Origin: Elusimicrobia bacterium GWF2_62_30
Lineage (GTDB): Bacteria; Elusimicrobiota; Elusimicrobia; Elusimicrobiales; UBA9959
NCBI GenBank assembly: GCA_001799995.1
Contig: MGUK01000070.1
Coordinates: forward strand, 9,056 to 73,055
DNA length: 64,000 bases
Direction of reading: 5' to 3'
A model generated the notes under the pieces. The model did not search any database. It had not been told where the DNA came from and saw only the letters and a program-made list of their open reading frames with translations. Below, one piece after another: positions 42,125 through 51,010 of this stretch. Position 1 is the stretch's first letter, and each line of letters begins with the position of its first letter. The position numbers and the translations under genes are program-made.

Positions 42125-43044
42125 CAGAATCTTTCGGGCTCTATGGAAGCGGGGTCTTTTTTAGACGCCTTAAGTTCGCCGGACCCGTGCGCTTGCAGGT
42201 AATCGGCCCGGGCGCCGCAGCAGGCGGGCTCCAGCGCGCAGCGGGAGCAGGCCGGGCAGGCGGCTTTCGCGTCCACCCCGCCTTCCAGCACCTTGTCTCC
42301 CCGCCGCCAGCGGTGGAACTCGAAGGAAAAGCCCTCGGTGCCTTTCAGTTGGCAGAGGGGCACGTTCTGCGCCACGGTCTTGAGGCCGTTCATTTTCAGC
42401 GTAGCCAGGGCCATGTTCAGGAAAGGGGCCACCTGGGAGTAGCGCGGGATGATGGCGGGAGTTTTCAGCGCCCTGCCCTTGTTGCGGACGAAAGTGAAAT
42501 TGACCAGGGCCGCGCGGGGAAAATTCCTGGAAGCCCAGAGCGCGAATTCCGGCAGGAACCTGTAGTTAAGGCTGGAGATAATATGAAAGAGCCGGAGCTT
42601 TTCCTCCGCCCCGGCGGCCTTGAGGTTGGCCAGCCCCCTGACGGCCAGCTGGAACTTGACGCTGCGGGTGGCCCGCGCGTAAACCTCGGGCCGGTGGGAA
42701 GGGAAGTTAACGGTGAAATACTCTATTTCCTTTACCGATTTTTTACAGAAAGCGGGATCGGAAAGAGCCACCGCGTTGGTGGAAAGCATGAAATTCCTGA
42801 CCCCGGCGGCTTTAAGGGTTTTTATCCAGGTGAAAAAGTCACCACTGGCCGTGGGTTCGCCCCCGCCCTCCAGGCTTACGGCTTTGATCCCCGTTCTTTT
42901 AAGCTCCGCGGCGGTTTCGGGGAGGCCGCGCCTTTCGCCGGTGGGCGGGTTATGGCAATAGACGCAGTACAGGTTGCAGGTGCGCGCCATGCTGACGCAG
43001 GCCTGCTCGCTTATCCATTTCTTTTTCACGCCGGGATTCGCCAT
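42124..43044 (-). CDS. Radical SAM enzyme, HxsC-like paralogue family
   Basis: CNLYCVYC, LEGGGEPT, C-terminal CSRCALEPACCGARADYLQAHGSGELK. Its stop overlaps the U32 start (TGATG). Confidence 0.85.
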   Translation of the reverse strand: MANPGVKKKWISEQACVSMARTCNLYCVYCHNPPTGERRGLPETAAELKRTGIKAVSLEGGGEPTASGDFFTWIKTLKAAGVRNFMLSTNAVALSDPAFCKKSVKEIEYFTVNFPSHRPEVYARATRSVKFQLAVRGLANLKAAGAEEKLRLFHIISSLNYRFLPEFALWASRNFPRAALVNFTFVRNKGRALKTPAIIPRYSQVAPFLNMALATLKMNGLKTVAQNVPLCQLKGTEGFSFEFHRWRRGDKVLEGGVDAKAACPACSRCALEPACCGARADYLQAHGSGELKASKKDPASIEPERF

Positions 43045-43182
43045 ATGGCACGCTTTTATTATACCATTATAGCAGGAGACGGGAATTTAAGGGAAAACCC
43101 GCCCGGAACCGGGAAAAGCGCCCTCTGCCGGGCCCCGGCAGACTACCCGCGGACACCGTTCACCGTTGAGCAAACCACCCAG

Positions 43183-45714
43183 ATGGAAAGCATCGTATTC
43201 TTCGGCAAAGGCGGCATAGGCAAGAGCACCATTGCCGCCAGCGTCACGTCCCTCCTCGCGGCCGGGGGCAAGAAGGTCCTGCATATCGGCTGCGACCCCA
43301 AGATGGACTGCACCCTTTCCCTCATGGGCAGGCATATCGAGCCTTTCGCCATCCTGGGCGGCAGTTCCGGCCGCCCCGGCCTGCGCGACAGCATTTACCA
43401 GTCCCCGGTCCGCGGCGTCCACTGCATCGAGGCCGGCGGCCCGCAGCCCGGCGTAGGCTGCGGCGGCACCGCCATAGGCTCCATGCTGGACGCGATGAAG
43501 GACGAGGCCCTGCTCGAAAAAGACGGCTACGGCGCCGCCGTGTTCGACGTGCTCGGCGACGTGGTCTGCGGCGGCTTCGCGGCCCCGCTCCGGCGCGGCT
43601 TCGCGAAAAAGATGGTGATAGTCACGTCGGAAGAGATCCTTTCCCTTTACGCGGCCAACAGGCTGATAATGATGGCCGCCAACTACGCGCGCAACGGCGT
43701 CTACCTGGCCGGGCTCGCGGTGAACCTGAAGGACCAGACCCGCCTTAAGACCGTGGAGGAGTTCGCCCGCGCCGTGAACACCCGCATCCTGGGAGTGATG
43801 CTGCAGGACCCGGCCGTCTCCTCCGCCGAGCGCGAGCACAGGCCCGCGGCCATCGCCTACCCCAAGAGCGGCTTCGCGCGCCGGGTCTGGGCGCTGACGC
43901 AGGAGATACGGACGGCCAGGCCGCCGGCCACGCCGCCGCGCGCCCTGCCGGACCCGGATTTTTTCGCTTTCGCCGAAGGCAGGAGGACGGCCGTGCCCGC
44001 GGGCGCGCCCGCCGGGAAGGGCAGGAAGCAGGCCGTGAGATCCGCCAAGGCCCTTTTTTCCGCCGCCGGCTTCAAACCGGCCGGCATGGAAGACAGCCAG
44101 ATAATCTGCGACTGGAAATGCGGGCAGTCCCTTTACAAGGTAGTGATAGCGCCGGGCTCCTCGGCGAAGGGCGACATGCCCCGCATCTCGGACTGGGCCG
44201 TCTGCTTCCACCCGACGACCCCGCAGGAACCGCCCCCCCCGGGAGGCGCGCTGATGAAAGCCGCCGGGACCCTGGCCGGGCTGCGCTTCGACGAGATGCT
44301 GTCCGTTTTCACCGGGTCCAGGGATTTTTACGGGCCGCTCCTTAACCTGTCCGGCCCGGAAGACACGACCCTGGCCGCCCCCGACACGCCGCGGCGGCCG
44401 CACATGGGCTTCGGCCAGTGGCAGCGCTTCATCTTCCCCGCCGGGCTGAGCCAGGCCTACATCCCCCCCGGCTCGGTCATGGTCGAGCACGGCGATATCG
44501 AATGCCGCTTCTGCTCCTCCGAAAGCGGCATCCTGAACATGTTCAACGACAACCCCGGCATCAAGACCCCCGGCAAGGCCCTGAACATGCCGGTGCTGCC
44601 GAGGATAGACAAGCGCATCGTCAACACGGGCTTTTCCTCCGACGACGCGCTCTTCGGCGACGAGAAGAAAGTGGCGCGGTCCCTGGAAGCCGCGGCGGAT
44701 AAGGCCGGCCCCGGCGGGCTCGTGGAATTCTACGTCGGCTGCTCCCCCATCATGCTCGCCGGCGACACTTCCTCCCTGGCCGCGCGGGTCGAGCGGGAGA
44801 AGGGCGTAAAGATCATGCTGGAGCGCTTCAACAGTTTTTACGAGCACGGCAGCGCCAAGGGCGCCGTGCGCGTTTCGTACATGGCCCACAAACTTTCCAA
44901 GGCTGGCGCCGCGAAGGACCGCGACGTCTACCTGGCGGACTCTCACGACCCCACGGGCGTCCTGGACAAGCTGCTGGCCGAACACGGGATCTCCACCGTG
45001 GACCGCCGCAAGGATTTTTACCGCGAGGCGGCCTCGGCGCGCCTGCAGGTGCTCTCCCATCCCGATACCGTGCTGACCCCGGCTTTCGACAAGGCGGGCC
45101 TGAAGTGGATAATGCCGCCCCAACCCTACGGTTTCGGCGGCACGCACAAGTGGCTCGGCGCCATTGCCTCGGCGCTGGGCAGGAAAAAAGCCCCCGCGGG
45201 CCCCTCGGCGGCCCAGAAGGCGCTGGCGGCGGGGCTTTGGGCCCGCGCCAGCCGCTATACGGCGGCTTTCGTCCTGGCCACCGAGGAGATCGGCCTTCTT
45301 TCCGGGAGCACCGCGCTTAAAATGGTGCCCGTGCTGCCGGTGCTGGCCGAAGCCGGTTTCAAGGTGCGCCTGCTCCTGATGACCGCGGAAGGCCGGGACG
45401 GGAAGGCCGGCAAGCCCGGGCTCCCTGCCGAAGCGGCGGCGCAGCTCCGGGCGCTGAAAGCCTCCCTGCCGGGCACGCACCTCTCCACGGACACCTTCTC
45501 GAAGCAGGAAGAGCTGGCCAGGCTGCTGCGGGCTGACCCGCCCACGCGCCTGGTCTACTCGGACATACGCCGCGACCCGCGCGTGGTCTCCGCCGGGAAA
45601 TATCCGTTTTCGACCTCGCTCTTTGAACCGGGCTACGACGGCGCGCTGGAAACCTGGCGCAGGCTGCTGGCCCTCTGCGAATGGGATTTCAATGAAAGAT
45701 ACCTCCGGAACTGA
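43183..45714 (+). CDS. Second nitrogenase-like NifH-type/NifD-type fusion protein (843 aa)
   Basis: The ATG at 43183 (MESIVFFGKGGIGKST) lies inside track ORF 42187..45714. GCDPKMDC, CIEAGGPQPGVGCGG, FDVLGDVVCGGFA, later VEHGDIECRF and EFYVGCSPIMLAGD. 31 of the first 42 residues are identical to copy 1 (hand count). Confidence 0.8.
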   Translation: MESIVFFGKGGIGKSTIAASVTSLLAAGGKKVLHIGCDPKMDCTLSLMGRHIEPFAILGGSSGRPGLRDSIYQSPVRGVHCIEAGGPQPGVGCGGTAIGSMLDAMKDEALLEKDGYGAAVFDVLGDVVCGGFAAPLRRGFAKKMVIVTSEEILSLYAANRLIMMAANYARNGVYLAGLAVNLKDQTRLKTVEEFARAVNTRILGVMLQDPAVSSAEREHRPAAIAYPKSGFARRVWALTQEIRTARPPATPPRALPDPDFFAFAEGRRTAVPAGAPAGKGRKQAVRSAKALFSAAGFKPAGMEDSQIICDWKCGQSLYKVVIAPGSSAKGDMPRISDWAVCFHPTTPQEPPPPGGALMKAAGTLAGLRFDEMLSVFTGSRDFYGPLLNLSGPEDTTLAAPDTPRRPHMGFGQWQRFIFPAGLSQAYIPPGSVMVEHGDIECRFCSSESGILNMFNDNPGIKTPGKALNMPVLPRIDKRIVNTGFSSDDALFGDEKKVARSLEAAADKAGPGGLVEFYVGCSPIMLAGDTSSLAARVEREKGVKIMLERFNSFYEHGSAKGAVRVSYMAHKLSKAGAAKDRDVYLADSHDPTGVLDKLLAEHGISTVDRRKDFYREAASARLQVLSHPDTVLTPAFDKAGLKWIMPPQPYGFGGTHKWLGAIASALGRKKAPAGPSAAQKALAAGLWARASRYTAAFVLATEEIGLLSGSTALKMVPVLPVLAEAGFKVRLLLMTAEGRDGKAGKPGLPAEAAAQLRALKASLPGTHLSTDTFSKQEELARLLRADPPTRLVYSDIRRDPRVVSAGKYPFSTSLFEPGYDGALETWRRLLALCEWDFNERYLRN

Positions 45715-46987
45715 GTTCCCCAAGACCTTCAACCTGCCCTACCAGCTGGGAGTCTACCTGGCGGCGAACGCCGTATCGGATTCCTGCGCGTTCATGGACG
45801 GCTCGAACTGCGTGATGCCGAAGATAGATTTCATCGCGGGCAATCACGACCTGTATTCCACGCTGCTCTCCCCCGCCGGCACGCACAGGGTCATCTGCAA
45901 CATGGCGGGCCCGCTCCCGCAGAAGAGCAACCCCGAAAAAGCCCTTTCGGGCATGCTTTCCGGCGTGGCCGGCTCCGGCCTTTACTCGGTGATCATGGTG
46001 ACCGGCCTTCCCTTCCAGAAGCTGGCCGGCATGGATTACGAAGGGATAGCCGCCGGGATCAAGGGCCCGGTGCCGGTAGTGGACGTGCCCCCCTCTTCGC
46101 TCGAAGGCGACTGGCTCGACGGCTATGCCGGCGCCCTGGACGCGCTGGCCCGCGCCCTGCCGGAGCGGAAGCTGAAAAAACGCAGGCGCACGGTGGCGCT
46201 AGCCGGCTACCTGCTGGACCGCAACGAGGGCGACCATAAGGCGAACATCGCGGAGCTGCGGCGGCTGCTCGGCCTCTGCGGGCTGGAGCTGGTCTGCGTT
46301 TTCCCCTCCGGCGGCACTTTTGCGGAACTCTCGCGCGCCCTGGAGGCCGAAGTGGTGGTCTCGCTGCCGTACGGGCGCAAGGCCGCCGCCAGGCTGGCGC
46401 AGCGGTCCGGCGCCGTCCTGGTGGAGACCGGGCTGCCGCTGGGCCTCAAAGGCACCGCCGGCTGGCTTAAGGACATCTGCGCGGCCGCGGGGATAAAGGG
46501 CGGGCTCCCGCAGGCCGTAAAGGACCTTGAGCGGCAGGCCGCCGCCGACATCGCCCCCCTGCTCGACGCCATAGCCCACCTGAGCCTGGTCTACGCCGGC
46601 GATCCCTATCTCTTCTCCGGGCTTTCCGCCTTTACCGCCGAGCTCGGCATGCGGCTGCCGCTGGCCATCATAGATTCTTTTCCCAAACCCCTAGGCACCG
46701 GGAAAGTCCCGGAAAGCCTCCTTTTTTCGCCCGGCACCGGGGAGGCCGCCGCGGCGATAGCCGCTTTGTCCGGCTATTCCAGGCCGGCCCTGCTCGCCGG
46801 GAACACGTTCGCCCTCACGGAAGGTTATTCCAGGGGGATCGCCTTCCTGGAGATCGGGTTCCCGTCCTACAGCCACCATTGCCTCGGCCCGGAGCCGTAC
46901 TTCGGCTTCGCGGGAGCGGCGACCCTGGCGGGCCGCATCCTGAACTCCGTCTGCGGCCCCATGACCGAACTGGGCAAGCTGGGCTGA
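45692..46987 (+). CDS. Second nitrogenase component-1-like partner subunit
   Basis: The ATG at 45692 (MKDTSGTEFPKTFNLPYQLGVYLAANAVSDSCAFMDGSNCVMPK) overlaps the fusion gene by 23 nt. It is collinear with 35972-37249. Confidence 0.65.
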   Translation: MKDTSGTEFPKTFNLPYQLGVYLAANAVSDSCAFMDGSNCVMPKIDFIAGNHDLYSTLLSPAGTHRVICNMAGPLPQKSNPEKALSGMLSGVAGSGLYSVIMVTGLPFQKLAGMDYEGIAAGIKGPVPVVDVPPSSLEGDWLDGYAGALDALARALPERKLKKRRRTVALAGYLLDRNEGDHKANIAELRRLLGLCGLELVCVFPSGGTFAELSRALEAEVVVSLPYGRKAAARLAQRSGAVLVETGLPLGLKGTAGWLKDICAAAGIKGGLPQAVKDLERQAAADIAPLLDAIAHLSLVYAGDPYLFSGLSAFTAELGMRLPLAIIDSFPKPLGTGKVPESLLFSPGTGEAAAAIAALSGYSRPALLAGNTFALTEGYSRGIAFLEIGFPSYSHHCLGPEPYFGFAGAATLAGRILNSVCGPMTELGKLG

Positions 46988-47034
46988 CGGAAGGGCCGGC
47001 GCAAGAACCACGCCGGAGGCGGTCTGAAAAAATC

Positions 47035-48234
47035 GTGAAAACATTTTACCTGTCCCTGCTCTGGGACTGCAACGAGAACTGCGTGTTCTGCCTTAAGAAG
47101 GCCCCCCCCGAGCAGGAGAACTCCGTCCCCCCGCTGCTGGAATGCCTGGCGGCCCTGAAGCGCCAGCGCGCCAGGGGGTTCGCCTCGGTCTCCCTCGACG
47201 GCGGCGAGCCTACGCTCAGGCGTGACCTGCCGCGCATCCTGAAGTACGCCCTTTTGCTCGGCTACAAAAAAATAATGGTCATGACCAACGGCGCCGCGCT
47301 GAGCGCGGAGAACGTCCGGCGGCTGGCCGCGCCGGAAGGCGGCCGCCCCTCGCGAATTTCTTTCTGCGTCTCGCTCCACTCCCATAAACGGGCCGTCTCC
47401 GAAAAGCTGACGCGCTCCCGCGGGACCTTCCGGCGGACCGTGGACGGAATAAAGAACCTGCTGGCCGCCGGCTTCGACGTCTCGGTCTATCACGTCATAA
47501 CGCGCCAGAACTACCGCGCTCTCCCGGGCTTCGCAGATTTCGCCGCGCGGGAATTAAAGGGCGTTTCAAAGGTGGTCTTTTCGCACATTTACCCCGTGCA
47601 GCACAACCTGGCCGCCATGCGCGGCGTCTACCCCAGATTTTCAAGCGCCCTGCCTTTCCTGGCCGGGGCCATAAGCCGGCTTGAGCGCGCGGGGGTAACG
47701 CCCATGCTGGGCAATTCCGGCATGATGCCGGTCTGCCTGCTGCGGGGACAGGAAAGTTTTTTCACGCAGGCCTATCTCAAGCATGACGGGGACGCCGTCA
47801 CCTTCGACAGGAACAAGTGGGATACGCGCGACAGCCGGAAGCTGGAGCTGCTCCCCTTTTTCCGGGACGATTTCAACGAGCGCAACCGGGTCAAGGCCGC
47901 GGCCTGCGGGAAGTGCGCCCTCAGGGACGTCTGCAGCGGGATCTGGCGTTTTTACGAGGAGCTCTACGGCGCCGGAGAGCTCAAGCCCTACAAAAAAGAC
48001 GCTTTCAGCGGCATCCCGGCGGACGGCCCCCGGGCCGTGATACGGGCGGCCGGGAGCCGCGCGGCCGGCCTGCAGCCCCTCCTGGTGCGGTTGCTCGACG
48101 CGAGGCTTAAGGGGCACGGCTCGGCGCTGGTCCCGGGCCTGCACGGCAAAAGCCGGAAGACCGCGGCGGCTGAATTCGCGCGGGGCATCGGGATGAAATT
48201 ATATTTCGGAAGAACTCAGGGCCGCGGGCAATAG
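47035..48234 (+). CDS. Radical SAM enzyme, HxsC-like family, with a C-terminal extension
   Basis: CNENCVFC, LDGGEPT, CGKCALRDVCSGIWRFYEELYGAGELKP. There is no in-frame ATG after the upstream stop, so a GTG at 47035 is inferred as the start. About 80 extra C-terminal residues. Confidence 0.7.
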   Translation: MKTFYLSLLWDCNENCVFCLKKAPPEQENSVPPLLECLAALKRQRARGFASVSLDGGEPTLRRDLPRILKYALLLGYKKIMVMTNGAALSAENVRRLAAPEGGRPSRISFCVSLHSHKRAVSEKLTRSRGTFRRTVDGIKNLLAAGFDVSVYHVITRQNYRALPGFADFAARELKGVSKVVFSHIYPVQHNLAAMRGVYPRFSSALPFLAGAISRLERAGVTPMLGNSGMMPVCLLRGQESFFTQAYLKHDGDAVTFDRNKWDTRDSRKLELLPFFRDDFNERNRVKAAACGKCALRDVCSGIWRFYEELYGAGELKPYKKDAFSGIPADGPRAVIRAAGSRAAGLQPLLVRLLDARLKGHGSALVPGLHGKSRKTAAAEFARGIGMKLYFGRTQGRGQ

Positions 48235-49025
48235 ACCAGCCTGTCCACGCCCAGCTTTGCCAGTTCGCTTTCCTTCGCGTAGAACTTCTCCGGGAAATAC
48301 AGGAAAGTGGTATTCCCCTTCACTATCAGCCTCTCCCTCACCCTCGGGTGCGAAAGCTCCAGGGCGCAGGCGCCGCATTCCCTGCCGCAGGAGTCAGGGT
48401 CCGGCTCTTTGCCTGCGGCCGGCGCGGCAAGCCCCGGCAGGCAGGCCCTGGTGCTGGTCAGGTTCAGGTAAGGGTAGTACAGGGAAATAGCGAACTTGCC
48501 GCCGGCGCGGCCCAGGTCCGCCCGGAAGCGCCGCCCCGGTGAAGAAAGCTCGAAGCGGCTCACCCCGGCCTTGAGGAAGAAATCGAGAGCGGCGCGGCTC
48601 GTCAGCAGCAGCCTGCCGGCGCTGAACATGAAAAGATTATCGTAGAGCAGCCTGCCCAGGTTCAGCTTCAGGGGCAGCTTCAGCTGCGCCGCCAGCTCCA
48701 GCGCCCCGAAATCGTTCACGGTCAACTCAAGCGTTCCCTTTTGCCGGCCCGGCCGGGAGAGGCGCGAGAGGGCCTTCAGTACGGCCTTCAGCTTGGGCAG
48801 CCCCGCCGGGCCGGACATGGGCGTAAGGAAGGTGACCTTCTTCCCCCTTGAAAGGAAGAACGCGGCCTGGGCGCGGGCGGTTTCCGGGGAAGGCAGCAGG
48901 TTCGCGCAGAATTCGGCCCCCAGGTAAACCCTGTCGAACCTTGCGAGGACGGCGCGGAGCTTTTCCGGGGAGGCGGCCGTCGCGGCGGCCGCGGCTTCCA
49001 GCCGCACGGCTTTTTCAAGCTTCAT
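48216..49025 (-). CDS. Divergent U32-like partner subunit (UbiV-like position)
   Basis: FDRVYLGAEFCANLL, LTVNDFGAL, TSTRACLPG...DSCGRECGACAL. Collinear with 40359-41174. Its ATG overlaps the upstream stop (ATGA). Confidence 0.5.
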   Translation of the reverse strand: MKLEKAVRLEAAAAATAASPEKLRAVLARFDRVYLGAEFCANLLPSPETARAQAAFFLSRGKKVTFLTPMSGPAGLPKLKAVLKALSRLSRPGRQKGTLELTVNDFGALELAAQLKLPLKLNLGRLLYDNLFMFSAGRLLLTSRAALDFFLKAGVSRFELSSPGRRFRADLGRAGGKFAISLYYPYLNLTSTRACLPGLAAPAAGKEPDPDSCGRECGACALELSHPRVRERLIVKGNTTFLYFPEKFYAKESELAKLGVDRLVYCPRP

Positions 49026-49975
49026 AGGGAAAGCCTCGCCGGGTCCCAGGCGCGCATTCTAGAGACGAACGCCGCGCGGGCCTTTTCCGGGCCCAGTTCC
49101 CCCTTCAGTTCTTCCGCCAGCAGGATCATCTGCCGCATGGCCGCGACCTTGCGGACCTTGAGCGGGGAGGGGTCGGAGCGCGTCCCGTACTTGAGGAAAC
49201 CGGCCCCGGCCGCGAAGGCGTCGAAGAACGCCCCGGCCCCGGACAACCGCAGCGGCCCGCCCGAGTTCACGCGCACGGCCACGCGGGCGGTAATGGCGGA
49301 CAGCTCCCGCTTCCCGGCGGGATCGGCGTCGAGCGTTTTTACGCTGACCTCTCCCCCGCAGCCGCCTATGCGGCACAGCTCGCCCGCCTGGCTCATATCG
49401 TTGAAGGTGTGGAAGACGGGGCGGTGCAGCTTGCAGCGCCCGTTGACGTAGCCGCAGCCGAAGAACCTGTAGTCGAAGAGCTCGGTCTCGGCCCCGGCCC
49501 TGCGGCAGGCGCGGACCATCAGCGCGGTCTCCGGGCCGGTAAGCTGGACGGGGAAGATCACGCGGGAGGCCCCGAGGCGCATGAAGAAGGCCGCGGCGGC
49601 CGGGTTGAAGCAGGGCTGGACGGAACTCAGGTGGATGGCGGCTTTGAACGGGCCCGCCTTGCGCGCGAGCGCGAAGAAGGCCGGGCTCGAGACGATGAAG
49701 GAGTCCAGACCCGCGCGGTCCAGCTTCAGGAGTTCCTCCCCGAAACGCCTCCAGCCGGGAGCGTCGAAATCCAGGTAGAGGGAATTTACGGCGAGCGAGA
49801 GCTTAACGCCCAGCTCGTGCGCCCTCTTCACGGCGGGAAGCAGCCGGCGCGTCCCGAGCCTGGCGGCCAGCCCGTAGCTGGGAAAGGCGGGCACGGCGCA
49901 ATACAGCTCGCCGGCCCCGGCCGCCACGAGCGGGGCCATTTCCGCGGTATCGGTAAAACAGGAAACGACCTTCAT
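49022..49975 (-). CDS. Peptidase U32 family protein (UbiU-like)
   Basis: 317 aa, the same length as and collinear with 41171-42124. AAGAGELYCAV, GVKLSLAVNS, IHLSSVQPCFN, ELFDYRFFGCGYVNGRCKLH. Confidence 0.7.
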   Translation of the reverse strand: MKVVSCFTDTAEMAPLVAAGAGELYCAVPAFPSYGLAARLGTRRLLPAVKRAHELGVKLSLAVNSLYLDFDAPGWRRFGEELLKLDRAGLDSFIVSSPAFFALARKAGPFKAAIHLSSVQPCFNPAAAAFFMRLGASRVIFPVQLTGPETALMVRACRRAGAETELFDYRFFGCGYVNGRCKLHRPVFHTFNDMSQAGELCRIGGCGGEVSVKTLDADPAGKRELSAITARVAVRVNSGGPLRLSGAGAFFDAFAAGAGFLKYGTRSDPSPLKVRKVAAMRQMILLAEELKGELGPEKARAAFVSRMRAWDPARLSL

Positions 49976-50916
49976 CAGAAATTCTCCGGCTTTACCGAGC
50001 CCGGGGCGACAGCGGAAGCCTTCAGCTCCCCGCTGCCGTGCACGGCCAGATAATCCGGCCTGGCCCCGCAGCAGGCGGGCTCGAGGCGGCAGCGGCGGCA
50101 GGCGGGGACGGCGGCCTTGGGCGCCGCGTTAGGCGGCAGCACCGGGTCGCCCCGGCGCCAGCGGTGCAGCTCGAAGGCGAAGCCCTTGAACCTGCCAAGC
50201 ACGCAGAGCGGCGTGTTCTGTATGACCGCTTTTATCCCGCTTAGTTTCAGGTAGGCCAGCGCCGTCCGTATGTACGGCACCGCCTGCGTGTAGCTGGGCA
50301 GCAGCGGCTCGGGGCTGACCGCCGCGCGGCCGACATTGCGCATGAAGATGAAATTGACGAAGCCTATATCGGGATGATGCCGGGCCACCCAGCCCGCGAA
50401 AGCGGGCAGCCGGCGGTAATTATGCCGGAAGATTATGTGAAAAAGCCGCGTTTTCCCGGCGGCGCCCAGTTTTTCCAGGTTCTCCAGGCCTTTCAGGGCC
50501 GCCTGGAATTTCACGCTGCGGGTCGCCAGCCGGTAAGTCCTTTCGTCGCAGGCCGGCAGGTTCAGGATGAAGGAATCCACGCTCCCGGCCAGCCTGCGCG
50601 CCAGCCGCATGTCGGCCAGGGCCACGCCGTTGGTGGAAAGCATGAAGGTTTTAACGCCCCGCGCTTTCAGGAATTTTATCCAGCCCTGCAGGCCGGGGCT
50701 GATGGTAGGCTCCCCGCCCCCCTCCAGGCAGACGGCGCCGGCCCCGGTCCTGCCGAGGGCCGCGCGCACTTCAGCGCGGGTCATGGCGCGCCCCGTGGGC
50801 GGGCACTGGCAATAGACGCAGGCAAGGTTGCAGGAAGCCGCCAGGTGCACGGAAAGCTGCCTGCGGACGACCTTCTCCTCGCGCGGTGTCTTACATCTTC
50901 CTGTATGCATGTTCAT
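49975..50916 (-). CDS. Radical SAM enzyme, HxsC-like paralogue family
   Basis: CNLACVYC, LEGGGEPT, CRRCRLEPACCGARPDYLAVHGSGELK. Close paralogue of 42124-43044, with the same TGATG junction to the U32 gene. Confidence 0.85.
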   Translation of the reverse strand: MNMHTGRCKTPREEKVVRRQLSVHLAASCNLACVYCQCPPTGRAMTRAEVRAALGRTGAGAVCLEGGGEPTISPGLQGWIKFLKARGVKTFMLSTNGVALADMRLARRLAGSVDSFILNLPACDERTYRLATRSVKFQAALKGLENLEKLGAAGKTRLFHIIFRHNYRRLPAFAGWVARHHPDIGFVNFIFMRNVGRAAVSPEPLLPSYTQAVPYIRTALAYLKLSGIKAVIQNTPLCVLGRFKGFAFELHRWRRGDPVLPPNAAPKAAVPACRRCRLEPACCGARPDYLAVHGSGELKASAVAPGSVKPENF

Positions 50917-51010
50917 GGGAACCCGCCGCGGGTGCCGGCCGGGAAGGGCCCGGCGGCCCGGAGCGGGAAATACCGGGAGGCAAGTTCTGTCCGGGAACCT
51001 CCCCGGACGG

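Noticed and set aside
42187-43182. 332-codon N-terminal extension of track ORF 42187..45714
   Set aside because: It lies antisense to the well-supported rSAM gene 42124-43044 and crosses the divergent promoter region. The conserved MESIVFFGKGGIGKST start at 43183 matches copy 1, which starts at its first codon.
43087-45732. 881-aa ORF on the minus strand covering the whole second nitrogenase-like fusion gene
   Set aside because: It is antisense to a gene with unmistakable NifH-type motifs. Its translation is Arg/Gly/Ala/Pro-rich low complexity with no motif. Long stop-free antisense frames are expected at this GC content.
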